A stretch of 62,821 nucleotides of DNA, the filler included, from Octopus bimaculoides (lineage: Eukaryota): the NCBI RefSeq assembly GCF_001194135.2. It is 8 parts of 7 records of this genome, joined end to end, with 100 filler letters (N's around TTAATTAATTAA, not from the genome) between each part and the next. Parts side by side here need not be neighbours in the genome. Positions count along the whole stretch, not along the records: positions 1 to 6,647 come from NC_068991.1; positions 6,748 to 14,002 come from NC_069008.1; 6 more parts are not named here. The stretch is one strand, 5' to 3'. Below are positions 1 to 12,770 of the stretch, piece by piece. How positions within the stretch are numbered: position 1 is the first letter of the stretch; each line of letters begins with the position of its first letter. A program made the translations under genes and the position numbers. Under the pieces are notes generated by a model. That model ran no database searches. It was not told the DNA's origin and worked only from the letters and a program-made list of their open reading frames with translations.

Positions 1-149
1 TAGCAAAGTAAACTCTGTCTTGCTAAGAAAAATTTACTTTGATTTCTGTCTGCCTTTCTCACTTTTTCATTTTTGTTTTATTAGACGCTAGCAGACACTC
101 TGTATCTCCCCCCTGTCACAAACACACTATTTCTTTCTTTCTCTCTCTT

Positions 150-185
<36 letters not shown>

Positions 186-427
186 CTTCACGCGCGTACG
201 CACAGATTTGACTTCGCCATGTCAACAAACTTCAAAATTGGTAAAAGTTTATCGATTTTTACAGCTATATGCGTGCGGGTGCCTCTGAGAGAAAAAGTTG
301 ACGAAAACGCAGGTAGGGTCATGAACAATGTCCTCCTAAAATTGGAGCGACATGTGTGGTAATTTGTGGACGTGCATAAACTACATTCACGTACACACAC
401 ACACATCCTCTTTTTATATATATACAG

Positions 428-458
<31 letters not shown>

Positions 459-529
459 TGATAAATACAGTTTGACTCCAGGATCATAAAGATAGAGGAC
501 TAAAAACAGAAACAATAAAGATACTACCC

Positions 530-830
530 CTTAAAATATGAAATAGGAATAATTTGGAGGATGAGAACAGTAAAGGTCGTGCCTATAATAATTGGTGCGT
601 TAGGAACAGTAAGGCAAAATATAGACAAATAGCTGAAGGAGATTGGAATAGAATGCCCAGTAGAACTCCCACAGAAAGTTAGTCTCTTAGAGACAGCAAA
701 GATTATCAGGAGGGTTCTAAGCACTTGAAAGAGAGTTGAAAACTTGTGGCTACCTAAGGTTACAGGTAGTAACCTGCTACCCATATGAATCTTACCAGAA
801 ATAAGACCGAACCTGAGCCAAACCAAAATA
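530..830 (+). mobile_element. REL-endonuclease LINE 3' fragment
   Basis: WRMRTVKVVPIIIGALGTVRQNIDK*LKEIGIECPVELPQKVSLLETAKIIRRVLST* plus 3'UTR. Confidence 0.7.
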
Positions 831-2491
831 ATATTAATTTCAAATATGAACCCAAGGCCTGAATTTTTGGGGGTGGGGGTGGTGGTGGTGGGGGCGTTGG
901 ATTTAGTCAGTTATGTCGACCTCAGGACTTGTAGTACTGCCTATAGTAGAAAGAATTATATATTACATTTCAAAATGGGTACATTTATCCAACTACACAA
1001 AGGTGTATCCAGGAACACAAATTTAAAAAAACAAAAACAAGAACAAAACAAAAACAAAACGGAAAAAAGCATGCAGTATTTAGTTCTGGCTCTTTAAGTG
1101 CTGAGTTCAGATCTCTCTGTAGTGTTTAATTTGCCTTTCCGGTATCGTTAAAATAAGCATCAATTGTTGTTTATTCCAGGTCATTTAACAGATTTACACT
1201 TCATCTGTGATCAACCAGTCTATTCTCAGCAATGCGAGAGCATGTACGAGCATATACGTACGCCAGGTTATATTGTCCTGTGCATTGTTTTCTTAAGGTT
1301 GCAGAGTGTGGTTTAAGGCACTGGTTTTCACCCTGCCGCCCTCTCAGAAAATATGAGTGAAAATTTATTGTTCCACCCCTCTTTAATAACGGTTTCTGAC
1401 TTTGACACAATGCCAGCACTATTGAGGAGAGGCTGTTATTCAATACTAATTAATTCTAGTAAATGATTGCTACTTTATTTCATTAGATCGGAAAAAATGA
1501 AAGACAAAACTGACCTCGGCAGAATTTGAACTCAGAACGCGCAGAGCCGGAACAAATACCGAAAGGCATTTGTTCGACACTATAACGATTCTTCTCATCT
1601 CCCTATCCTCCACTTCTCTTTAATAAGGTGAACGCAGAACAGTACAATCAATAATATATCTGTTTATTTACAATACATGCAGGAAGTTTCGAACTTGAAT
1701 ATTCTAACCGTTGTTGTTTTTCGTCATCAGAGAAATCTTTATTATAAAACGATGCAATTTTCCCAACCAATAGGCAATAACGGAAGATCTTTCTGGTCTA
1801 GACACAACCGCAGACTTCACCCTCTTCAATATGGTTGGTTTGTGTCTATGTTATAAATCTTAATCACATAAAAATCACACAGAAAGAGGTACGATTTATT
1901 AATAATTTTGCTTCCAAAGACTTTTGTGAATGCTATTACAAACCAGCTCTGAAATATGTTTAACGTAGCCTAGTTTTAGATAGATTTGTTTTTTTTAATG
2001 AAATAAGTGTCGTCTGGAATTTCGAAAGAGATAAAAAAATTGTATGAATATTTATAATCTTGGCAATAAACGGAACGATATGGCTTTTGTCCGACATTAC
2101 CAATAATTCAAAACGTATTTAATTTGTTGAGAATACATTGTTTCTGACAAATAGAATGAAAAGTTGTAAGGTCAAAAGTGCCTCATAAATGTATGAAGTT
2201 TCAAGAAAATGAGAAAACATCGCTGAAACATGGTTATATTTGTAGAAATGCCTTGAAATTGATATTTATATTAATTTACAAGGAAATGTAGTACGTTATA
2301 TTTGTTATTTTAATAATTTTTCTTCTTGATTTCACCCCATTTCAGTTAGGGAAACATCAACGGAAAGAAAAATGACTCCAACGATTCCAATATATAGCAA
2401 TGAGACGAATGAGAAGTGTAGTCTTTCGGTTTCGATTTATCACATTTATTGTTAAAAGCTTATATTGGACGCGATCATCTCCATCAAAAGA

Positions 2492-2547
2492 TCAGCAGTG
2501 TGACATCAGAAATCTCAGTTCATCGTAGCGACTTGGTCGAGCAGTTT
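2492..2547 (-). CDS. Candidate terminal coding exon of the minus-strand secreted-protein gene
   Basis: Pyrimidine-rich acceptor ending cacag at 2548. Phase-1 reading (E)TARPSRYDELRFLMSHC*; AATAAA on - at 2450-2445. Frame and linkage to the 11722 exon are unproven. Confidence 0.3.
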
Positions 2548-3081
2548 CTGTGATTGTGCGTAGATAAACACACACACAGAAAGAGAGGAGGTGAGTGAAT
2601 GGATGTGTGAGTTAGCTGCCATAATGTAGTCCTTTGTTACATTATGGCAGTCCTTACGCTAGTAGGAGCTACGTCATTCGTGTGCCAGCTTTATATTTGG
2701 TGGGTTTGGCCGTCAATATCAGCTGATATTGAATAGCACCTGATGTGAATACAGAATTGTTCTGTTCGCTCTTGTCTGTCAGTTGCTTGTCACTCCTTGT
2801 CTGTGTCTGTCCATCCCTCTGTCGTTTGCTCCTGACTTTTACACTGTTATTTTCTATACATCTAGTCCCGTGATGCTCAACGTGGGGTATGGTATTATTT
2901 TGGTGAGGCATGCGTAGAGTTATGCTGAATTTTTATACCTTTTGTACACAATGTTTAGTATACCAATAAGAGAAAGGGGGCAATTCGAGAATGAATTATT
3001 AAAAAAATTCACTGCCTGGAATCGAACTCGGAATCTTGGGGTTAGTAGCCTGTGCTCTTAACCACTACACCATATGCTAGT

Positions 3082-3145
3082 GGGCGTAGTGGTTAAGAGC
3101 GCGGGCTACTAATCCCAAGATTCCGAGTTCGATTCCAGGCAGTAA

Positions 3146-3189
<44 letters not shown>

Positions 3190-3465
3190 GTAACAACAAC
3201 AACATCGAAAAATACCTTAGGAATGAGAACCCAGGTTCNNNNNNNNNNNNNNNNNNNNNNNNNNNNNNNNNNNNNNNNNNNNNNNNNTGATGAAGGCTGG
3301 AGGGTATATCAGCCGAAACGTTGTGTTAACAACGTTTCGGCTGATATACCCTTGTTTGTTGTGTTAACCATTGATATACTCTTGTTTGATATACCCTTGT
3401 TTGTTGTGTTAACAACAAACAAGATGAGGACAAATATCCGCCAATTGTAAATAATGTAAATAATG
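3082..3465 (+). mobile_element. tRNA-headed SINE-like element with internal (AAT)n and a minimal hammerhead near its 3' end
   Basis: A-box-like TAGTGGTTAAG, B-box-like GAGTTCGATTC, then (AAT)n, then TGATGA-A-GGCTG-gagggtatat-CAGCC-GAAACGTT-GTGTT at 3288-3327 (C3 and the 5' strand of stem I lie in an N gap), then an aaataatgt tail. Inverted copy of the head at 3011-3068. Confidence 0.7.
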
Positions 3466-3666
3466 AACTGATCGTAATTGCCATTTAGAAATTGTGATAC
3501 ATTCTCTGGAGGCAGAGATAATTGCAATAAATGAAGAAAATGTTGTATGTTATTTGTCTATGTTGTTCAAATACATGCCACTAGCAACTTCGAGTTATTT
3601 TCCTTAGGTTACTTTAGTTGAAATTAAGCAATTCAAATTATTCACTTCAACAGACAGCTGAAGTAA

Positions 3667-3717
<51 letters not shown>

Positions 3718-4552
3718 TTTTCAAATTTGAGTAAACATTAATTTAAGTGATGCTTCAAATATACCCTGGCATCTGATTCAAATATTAAATTAGGCTTTAT
3801 TGTCAATTAAAATAAAATGTCAAATTCCAGTATCGCTTGCTATTGTTGCGGCTGGTGTTGTTGTTGTTGTTGTTCTTCTTCTTCTTCTTGTTCTTCTTCT
3901 TCTTGCTGACTGCTGTTGTTCATTTCCATCCACCCCACTTAAGTGATCTCGGATTGAGTTGAACTATGGTTCAATTAAGCTCCAGTTGTGACAGTTACAT
4001 CGATTTTATTTCATTTTATTTTTGTGACTCTTAATATATTTGGGACTATAGCAACTGACGTAGCCATATTCTTAAGCCAGTTGGGTTCGATTTGAAAAAT
4101 ATTTAGCTGCTATTTTTAACAACTTGAGAGACCACATAGATGTTTCCTTATTGGATTATCTTCTATTGTTGTTATTGCTGTTATTATTATGAAGGTGTTA
4201 TTCTGAGCCACAGTTCAGCTCTAACCCAGGTCTATGATCAATGATATATAGCTTGAACCTTTCTATCCAATGTGTGTGTTCTTTAATTTTTCTTTTGAAG
4301 ACAGTAGATTGTTAACTGAGACAGATTTAGCTGCTAGTCTTTGAAGATCGAGAGAGCTAATATCGACTCCTACGTCATCTCCTATTGTAGTGGTTCACCA
4401 AGGCAGTTTAGTCTTGTTATCTGTAATCGTTCCTTACTGCTCTGGTACCAACAAAATACTTTCTGGTCTTACCTCATGTCGATTTTAATGAGCTATTCAT
4501 GATGGGACAATACATCTAACCCTCACTGACCATCCACAATAAGTAAATCACA

Positions 4553-4945
4553 GGCGCTGGCATGGCTGCCAAGTTAAGAAGTTGGCTTCATAACCACGTG
4601 GTTTCGTGTTCAGTCCCACTACGCGGCAACTTGGGCAAGTGACTTCTACTATAGCCCCAGGCCAACCCAATGCCTTGTGAGTGAATTGATACAAAGAAAA
4701 TGTTTGGAAGCTCGTCGTACGTGTGTGAGTGTGCGCATGTGCGTGTGTGAGTGTGTGTGTGTGCGTGCGTGTCATTGTGCTTGTTCCCCGCCAATTGACA
4801 ATAGGTCTTAGTTTGTTTACGTCCCTTGTAACTTAGCTGTTCAGCAAAAAAAAAAAACCTCCCATAGAATAAGTAGTAGACTCAAAACCGTCGGTACCAG
4901 GGGCCGATTTGTTCAATTAAACTCTACAAGACATTGTCGGTGTAA
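4553..4945 (+). mobile_element. tRNA-derived SINE family B with an internal (GT)n/(TA)n tract
   Basis: tggctg..gg(t)taag..ggttc.gtcccact.cg.ggca.cttgggcaagtg.cttctactatagcc..ccttgtgagtg..gtaacttagc.gttc.gcaaaa..atagaataagta. Other copies at 16478-16660(+, 3' half), 17792-17950(+, 5' half), 26520-26680(-), 59955-60203(+, 3' half), 18071-18200(-). Confidence 0.8.
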
Positions 4946-5339
4946 TGTGACATGGGTAATATTCACATAACAGAGGTGCTTCTTATCTTGAGATTTGAAT
5001 TTTGTTTTACTTGTGCGGCGCTGTTGCACATCAGCAGATAGATTTTACTATATATACTTGTATATACTTGTGGCCGGCGATTTGGATCCACCTCGAGGGC
5101 GAATCGTGTATATGGTACTGATGAACTGAAATAATAGCGAAATATTAATATTGACATCTGTCATTCTCATTCATCTCTGGGACAGTTCGTTTCGCTTGGC
5201 TTTGAAGAACCCACATTTTTTCGAGACAAGCAGATATTCAACCATTGTACCTAAGCAATCCTTCCAATTTCTCCATTCAATTTAGAGAATTTCAAGAATT
5301 TTTTAGTTTCACTATATTTTCCAAAGATGGAAGTCTTGA

Positions 5340-5384
5340 AAGAGAGAGAGAGAGAGAGAAAGAAAGAGAGAGAGAGAGAAAGAA

Positions 5385-5471
<87 letters not shown>

Positions 5472-5484
5472 CAGACAGAGAGAG
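5340..5484. repeat. (AG)n microsatellite
   Basis: Directly visible; one of many simple repeats in the window. Confidence 0.95.
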
Positions 5485-6647
5485 AGTACGATTTAAAGGT
5501 TCCGTTATCAGCTTAAGATTCGAACTAACGTCCTCAAGTCAAAAAGGGTCCCTGTATGTGGTCGCTCAACCTGCTAGAAATACCAATTCACTCTCCCTAA
5601 AATCATTAAAGAAAGATTACATTGGACACTGTAGTCCATAAGGTACAAAAATTCCGACTGGTGTCATGGTTAGAACGCTTTGTTCATGTATCTGCTCGTT
5701 CAGATATGGTTTGGGCTAAAGCAGTAATGACTGCTATAATTTCAACGACGTTGTTACCACTCCAAGGCCCAGTACCAGTATCAGCATAACAATAGCAGCA
5801 GCATTAGCGGCAGCATCATCATCAGCAGGCATCCGACGAATCGAAATGGCTCGATCATTCCAGCATGTTTTTATTTTTGGATGGTGTGAAAGTGAAAGTG
5901 AAAGTGAGAGTGGTACACTTTACGTAGAGAAACAGATTAATTCCAACCTGTGTTTTTGGTAGAACCACTGGTTGTTTCCATCAACAAGGGAGAACTTCAT
6001 TTCATGTTTTCACCAACAAAGCTTCTTATCCTATATTATTTCCATCTTTTGGAAACAGCTCACTGCATTCATCTCACCGCATCTATCTCACTGCATTCTC
6101 CTCGTATCCTTCTTGGTTTTCGATTTCTCTCACAATTGTTTTCAGTTCTCCACTCTATCGTTCATGATGCTTTCATTTGGTTGCTACGAGAACATAAACA
6201 AATAACATGACAATAGTGGAATAAACATAATTTGCTATAATTATTTTCTAAAAATATTGTGGGTTTTCGTAGCGTCGAGATTGGATAAATCTGATTAACT
6301 AAAATAAGGAAAAAAGAAACAATCTTTCGTAACTTTATTTATTATTTATTTCTAAAAAAAAAAAAAAGAAGAGTTGTGATTTTCATAATTAGCATGAAAA
6401 CTACATCCGTGGAGAAAATTTCAATAAAATCGGAAAAACTGTGCCAAACTGTTTCTTTTCCATTCTTTTCTCTAGGCGCATATACACACATACATATCAG
6501 GTTAAATAAAAAATAAGCAACATTTTGAACCATGAAGAATTTGTACCGGATTTTTGAAGAGTTTTTTAAGCATTATTTTCTTGAAATTGTTTGATAATAC
6601 AGACATAAACTTGCCCAAATGCATCAATAAGTTAACATTGATATTTT

Positions 6648-6747
6648 NNNNNNNNNNNNNNNNNNNNNNNNNNNNNNNNNNNNNNNNNNNNTTAATTAAT
6701 TAANNNNNNNNNNNNNNNNNNNNNNNNNNNNNNNNNNNNNNNNNNNN
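6648..6747. other. Synthetic scaffold join N44-TTAATTAATTAA-N44
   Basis: Identical 100-bp construct also at 14003-14102, 17971-18070, 28005-28104, 55719-55818, 58393-58492 and 60674-60773. Confidence 0.95.
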
Positions 6748-6778
6748 GAAGCAAGCTTCTTACCACACAGCCTCTATA

Positions 6779-6815
<37 letters not shown>

Positions 6816-6829
6816 CACACATATATGAA

Positions 6830-7078
6830 GGATAAAGATCCTTCTCAAGTCACATAGACTCATAGGGCCTTTTTCCTAGTTTCCGTGGTGTATATATTCC
6901 CCCTGGTTGGGTCACCAATCCATCACAGGATTAACTCACTTTTGCCAGTTGAGTGGACTGGAGCAACGTGAAACGAAGTGTTTGGCTCAAAATCACAATG
7001 CATCACCCAGTCCAGGGATTGAAACCACGATCTTATGCTCATGAGTCCAACACCCAAACCACTAAGCCACGCACCTTC
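6830..7078 (-). mobile_element. tRNA-derived SINE family C
   Basis: On -: gtgcgtggcttagtggtttgggtgttggactcatg..ggtttcaatccctgg..cacttcgtttcacgttgctccagtccactcaactgg. Related copies at about 25050-25280(+) and 48820-49030(+). Confidence 0.7.
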
Positions 7079-7651
7079 ATTGTCTATAATAATAAATGCT
7101 CAAAGCTAAACCTACATTTCTGTCCTGCAAACGCCCACCTAACATCCTACCTAATTAACTATCTACGTATCAACCAACTGACGAACTATTTAACAAGCTA
7201 CCTTGATTAATGCTGAACCTGTACTCTGTCCCAATCTTTTAATCCTGCTCTGATTACCAAGCCATTGTCTAAATGTACATCGATAGCGAGACAACCACTT
7301 GGCCCCCTTCATCTCCACTCCAACACACAACTGTACTGATGTGTACCTGCAGCATTTGGCTCTATATTTATATACCCACCACCACCACCACCACCAAAAC
7401 CACCACCGCCACCACTATCTTTGCCATCGCTGCCGCTACCACCACCACCACTCCGTGGCCTCTGCATCATTAACATCAACTGTTTATACAATTTTGTTGC
7501 CATGGAGAATAATCTGATTTCGCCTAATCCTCCGTTTTACGTGTGTATATATCTGTATATACATAAGCACACACAAATACGTATGTGTATATATGTACTT
7601 ATATATACATGTGAGTGCGTATGTGTGTTTATATATACTTATGTCTGTGTG

Positions 7652-7719
<68 letters not shown>

Positions 7720-8022
7720 TATATATACACACATATATATGTATGGATGTGCGTATGTGTTTATGTATATATGAGTTTTTGTATATGTATATCTTTTGTT
7801 ATACTGTAATATAAATAAATTATTAGATTGTCAATTGAACCTCTCTATTTAATTTATTGCTTATATATATATATATATATATCCATATATTTACATATAT
7901 ATGCCTATGTAAGAAAATATACACATACACACACACACATATACTGTATTCATATATATATAATAGATCGCTAGCCACTAAACCCTTTTTTATTTTCTCT
8001 CCCTGTTTATTTTCTCTTATTC

Positions 8023-8058
8023 CTTTCTGTCAAAGAGCGTATGCTCGAAACGTAAAAG
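8023..8058 (+). ncRNA. Degenerate minimal hammerhead-like motif in a repeat
   Basis: CTTT-CTGTCAA-A-GAGC-gtat-GCTC-GAAA-CGTA-AAAG. Stems I and II are plausible but the CUGANGA core is decayed. A downstream part of the same repeat recurs on - at about 19805-19860. Confidence 0.4.
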
Positions 8059-8458
8059 ACTTTCTCACTTCCCGAGCATTAAACTAATACACCTGTTTGT
8101 TGTTAACACACCTGTCTTCGTCTTTTGGTTTTTTCGTAAGTTCTCACTATGTATATTTCTTTTATCTTTAACTTGTTTCAGTCATTAGACTGGGGCCATG
8201 CTGGGGCACCAAACATGCACACACAGACCTGTGGAACATATACTCCGTAACAGTAATAATAAAAAGTGTTTTCTTATTTCGGCACAAGGCCAGCAATGTC
8301 AGGGGAGGTGGGCTAAGTCGATTAAATCACCCCCCAGTACTCAGCTGGTACCTATTTCATTGACCCAGGAAAAGATGAAAAGCAGTCGATTCCGGTAGGG
8401 TTTGAACTCTAAACATAAACTCCGTAGAAATGCTGCTAGGCATTATTGCTTTAATAAC

Positions 8459-8492
<34 letters not shown>

Positions 8493-8840
8493 TCTACTAT
8501 AGACACAAGGCCTGAAACTTGGGGGAAGGTGTATAGTCGATTACATTGGCCCCCAGTACTCAACGGGTCTTTAATTTATTGACCCCGAAAGGACGAAAGA
8601 TAAAGTTGACCTTGGTGGAATTTGAACTCAGAACGTAGAAATGATAATAGTAACAATAATAATAATCCTTTCTACTATAAGGCACAGGGCCTGAAATTTG
8701 GAGGGAGGAGGGGACTGACCGATCACATCGATCCCAGGACGCAACTCGAAAGGACGAAAGGCAAAGTTGACCTTGGCAGAATTTGAACTCAGAACGTAAG
8801 GATGGATGAAATGCCGCTAAGCATTTCACCTGTTGTGCTA

Positions 8841-8892
<52 letters not shown>

Positions 8893-8893
<1 letters not shown>

Positions 8894-9022
8894 GGATTAT
8901 GAGGAGGGTTCTAAGGGCTTGAAAGACTACTGGAAGCTTGTGCATACCTGAAGTTACAGGTAGCTACCTGCTACCAATGGAAATCCTATCAGGAATAAGA
9001 CCGACCGTGAGTCAAACCAAAT
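8893..9022 (+). mobile_element. REL-LINE extreme 3' end embedded in (TAA)n
   Basis: Similar to the 3' end of the 530-830 copy; long (TAA)n on both sides. Confidence 0.65.
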
Positions 9023-9023
9023 G

Positions 9024-9078
<55 letters not shown>

Positions 9079-9658
9079 TAATTGATCAGTCACTTAGATG
9101 ATGTCCAGTATTTCATTTGCATTGCATTTTATCAGTCCCAGATGGATGAAAATCAATGATAACTTCAGCTAGATTCGAACTCACAAACTCGAAGGGTTAG
9201 AACAAATACTGCAAGGGTCTAAAAACCATAAATAATCCAAGACAAATCCAAGACCCTTAATAATTATTTCTGATACAGGCACTGTTATGCAAATATCGTT
9301 GATATAAAGAGCATGCACACCAAGCCTGAAATTTTGGTATGGGTCTGTTGATTAAAGTGTACCCAGTATTTCGCTGGTAGTTTAATTTATTGGTCCCAGG
9401 AGGATGAAAGGCAAAGTAGAGCACAATAGGATTTGAACTCAGAAGACGAACATCTGGAATGAATGTCGTAAAGTATTGTTTGATGACCTCAAGAGGTCAG
9501 AGGGCTGATAGGTTCCTAGGGACGGAATGGATTTAATATATGTGAAGTGTGTGTGTGTGTGTGTGTGTGCGCGTGTGTGTGTGAGTATATGTATGCATAT
9601 ACATGTGTGTGTATATATATATATATTATATATATCATAAATATTGTATATTATATAT

Positions 9659-9710
<52 letters not shown>

Positions 9711-9732
9711 CTATAGATATATGTATATACAC

Positions 9733-9780
<48 letters not shown>

Positions 9781-9917
9781 ATATTTATATATATATATAT
9801 CATGTAAATAATAATAATGGTATTTATAAAATCATTCGCACCGAAATATATATATACATATATATATATAGTACATTTATTATATATATACATGTGTGTA
9901 TATATACATGTATATAT

Positions 9918-9961
<44 letters not shown>

Positions 9962-10627
9962 CATGTATGTTTGTGTGTATGTGTGTATATATATTCACAC
10001 ACATACACACATACATATATACATAAATACAAATACACATACATACAGGTACACTGTGTTGCACTAAAATGTAACTGGCTGCGTACCCCTCAGGTACATG
10101 AGACACACTAAGGGAGAAGGCTAAACCTAGTAGTAGTAGTAGTAATTGTCGTTGTTGTTGTCGTTGACTTGTGGTACAGTGTTTGGTTGAGAAATCCGAC
10201 CATGACCATCACATATTTTATTTGTTCAGACCTAATGTATCTCGGACTACACTACCAAACATGTGTCCACTTATCATTGTTGTTGTTGCTGTTGTTTAGC
10301 AGAAGATGCTCCAGCCATGACCATCCCAAATGTAATTCATAGTGTATCTGGGACTACATTATCCCAGATGTGTCTTTTACGCGGGGAAGTGAGGCTTCAT
10401 TTGAGGTATTTGGTTGTTCTTTTTAGCAGGTCTAGTGGCCACATACAGGAAGCCATTCACAAAGTGAAGACGTAGAAGACAAGGTGATAGAGAGGGAGTG
10501 GTGGGGGATGGTAGTGGATGATGATGATGATGATGATGATGATGGTGATGAGGATAGTGATTGTACGAACAACAAAAAACAAAACACACACACAGAAACA
10601 CATATATACATATACATACATACATAT

Positions 10628-10712
<85 letters not shown>

Positions 10713-10792
10713 CACAGGTGTATATATATATGTATATATACATACATACATGTACATACATACATGTACATACATACATATATATATATATT

Positions 10793-10823
<31 letters not shown>

Positions 10824-11631
10824 GTATTTACACAGACACACATACATATATACATATATATTCATGTTTGTATATATGTATATATATATGTATATATGTA
10901 AATATATATATATATATTTCATGTCAAGCACAACTGCACGAGGACCATTCTTCTTTAACATCTTAGACGCAAGGTAGAAATAAACCTGTATGCACAGTTA
11001 TATAGATACATACATTTAAACGATGTTGGTATGTGTTATTCTATGAGTGTAAGTGTGTGGTATGTATGTGTTTCTGTGAATACATCTGTATATCTATATC
11101 TATAAGTATACATCTGTTTATGTATATACATATATGTATATGTATATATATTTATTTATTTATTTATGCGTTTCAGCCAAGTGGCTGCGGTCATGCTGGT
11201 GCACCACCGTGATATTGAAAAAAATATATAAATATATACAGAAATATAACATTCCAAGCTGATAATGAAAGTGAAAGTTAGCATGCTATGAAACATTGAC
11301 AACTGTGTGTATATTTCTTCTCTTGTTTATTTTGAAAATTTTTATTCCGTTTTTTTTTTTGTTTTTTTTTTTTTACATTTTTCTCCTTTTTCCTTTTATA
11401 ATTCTGTTTTCCTTTTTTCAAAATTTAATTTTCATATTTTTTTTTTCCTTCCTTTTCACATCTAGATATCTCTCAACACAAAATTTATTTACATTTATTT
11501 GTTTACATGTCTATTTAAGTACGTGTATGTACAGATATAAGAGAATGCATGTGTGTTACGTATATTGTATGCATGTAGGTATATATATACATATATACAC
11601 ATATATATATATATATGTGTGCATTACTCAC

Positions 11632-11722
11632 CTTTCGCCTCTGTTTTCTTCATCGGATGAGCCCATACGGATGCAATTATTACACTGCCCATCAACAAAA
11701 CACTCAGGATTTTCACAGTCAT
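11632..11722 (-). CDS. Candidate first coding exon of a secreted protein/peptide precursor (signal peptide)
   Basis: Strong acceptor (tttcatttttccttccccgc..tcatcag) opens the exon at 11810. ATG at 11722 gives MTVKILSVLLMGSVIIASVWA-HPMKKTEAK, ending at a consensus donor AAG|gtgagt (phase 1). Basic N-terminus, hydrophobic core and V-W-A cleavage pattern. Product not recognised. Confidence 0.6.
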
Positions 11723-12369
11723 TGTGTGATATTACTTTTTACCGTTATTTTCTCACAATTTACAATATATCTAATATATATATAATATATTTATATATAT
11801 ATATATATTACTGATGAAAAAGCGGGGAAGGAAAAATGAAATCGCTCGTTAAGAAGCTTTGAAATTAGTCAACACACACCACTCACACTGTTGCCGTGGA
11901 TATTGATTAGCAAGAATTTATAATTATCTGTATTTATCTGTCTATCAATCTATCTATATATATATATTTATATATATATATACATATATTTAGATAGATA
12001 GATATTGAGAAGTATAAGGATATGTATGTATAATCAGAAAGGCAAGTGTGTTTTCTGTTAGTGATTGTATATTAAACTCTATACTAGTAGTAGTAGCAGT
12101 AATTGTAGTAGTAGTTCTTGTTTCTGCTGTCAGCTTTAGAATGGAACCCCCGCGTGTGATATTGATGTCTGCATTCTATGGAATACACACAGCTATTTGT
12201 AGTGGGGGAAGTTGGAGGGTATTATTCGAGAGTGATTCTGCGCCTGCGTGAGTGGGCAGATGAAATGAGGTTTTATTTTGTTTTTGTTTTTTTTAGTTTT
12301 TGTAGTTTTTTTTTTTCCATTGAAAGATGCTGTTGATGAGATGCAAAACAAGAGCTACTACCTAACTCT

Positions 12370-12371
12370 TA

Positions 12372-12421
<50 letters not shown>

Positions 12422-12770
12422 CCCACCTCAGTCTCTTTCTCTCTTTCTCTCTCCCTGCCTCTGTCTTTTTCTCTCTATATCTTATTCTCTCTCTCTCTCT
12501 TTCTCTCTCCCCGCCTCAGTCTCTTTCTCTCTCCCTGCCTCTGTCTTTTTCTCTCTATATCTTATTCTCTCTCTCTCTTTCTCTCTATATTTTATCCTCT
12601 CTCTCCCTGCCTCTGTCTCTTCCTTTCTATATCTTGTTCTTTCTCTCTCTCTCTCTCTCTTTCTCTCTATACCTTATTCTCTTTCTCTCCCTGCCTCTCT
12701 CTCTCTCTCTCTCTCTTTCCTTGTCTAATTCCTCTCCTTCTCCTCTAACTCATCTCGTCTCCCCTTCTTA
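12370..12770. repeat. Compound (CT)n tract with higher-order degenerate units
   Basis: Repeated ctctccctgcctctgtc..tatatcttattctctct units next to an N gap. Confidence 0.9.

Noticed and set aside
3082-3145. Functional tRNA gene
   Set aside because: A/B boxes and an anticodon-like loop are present but there is no proper acceptor stem, and the same head is followed by the same body elsewhere. It is a SINE head.
7309-7503. Gly-rich ORF (SGGGGSGSDGKDSGGGGGFGGG)
   Set aside because: Explained by (GGT)n/(CAC)n simple repeat; its phase does not fit the signal-peptide exon.
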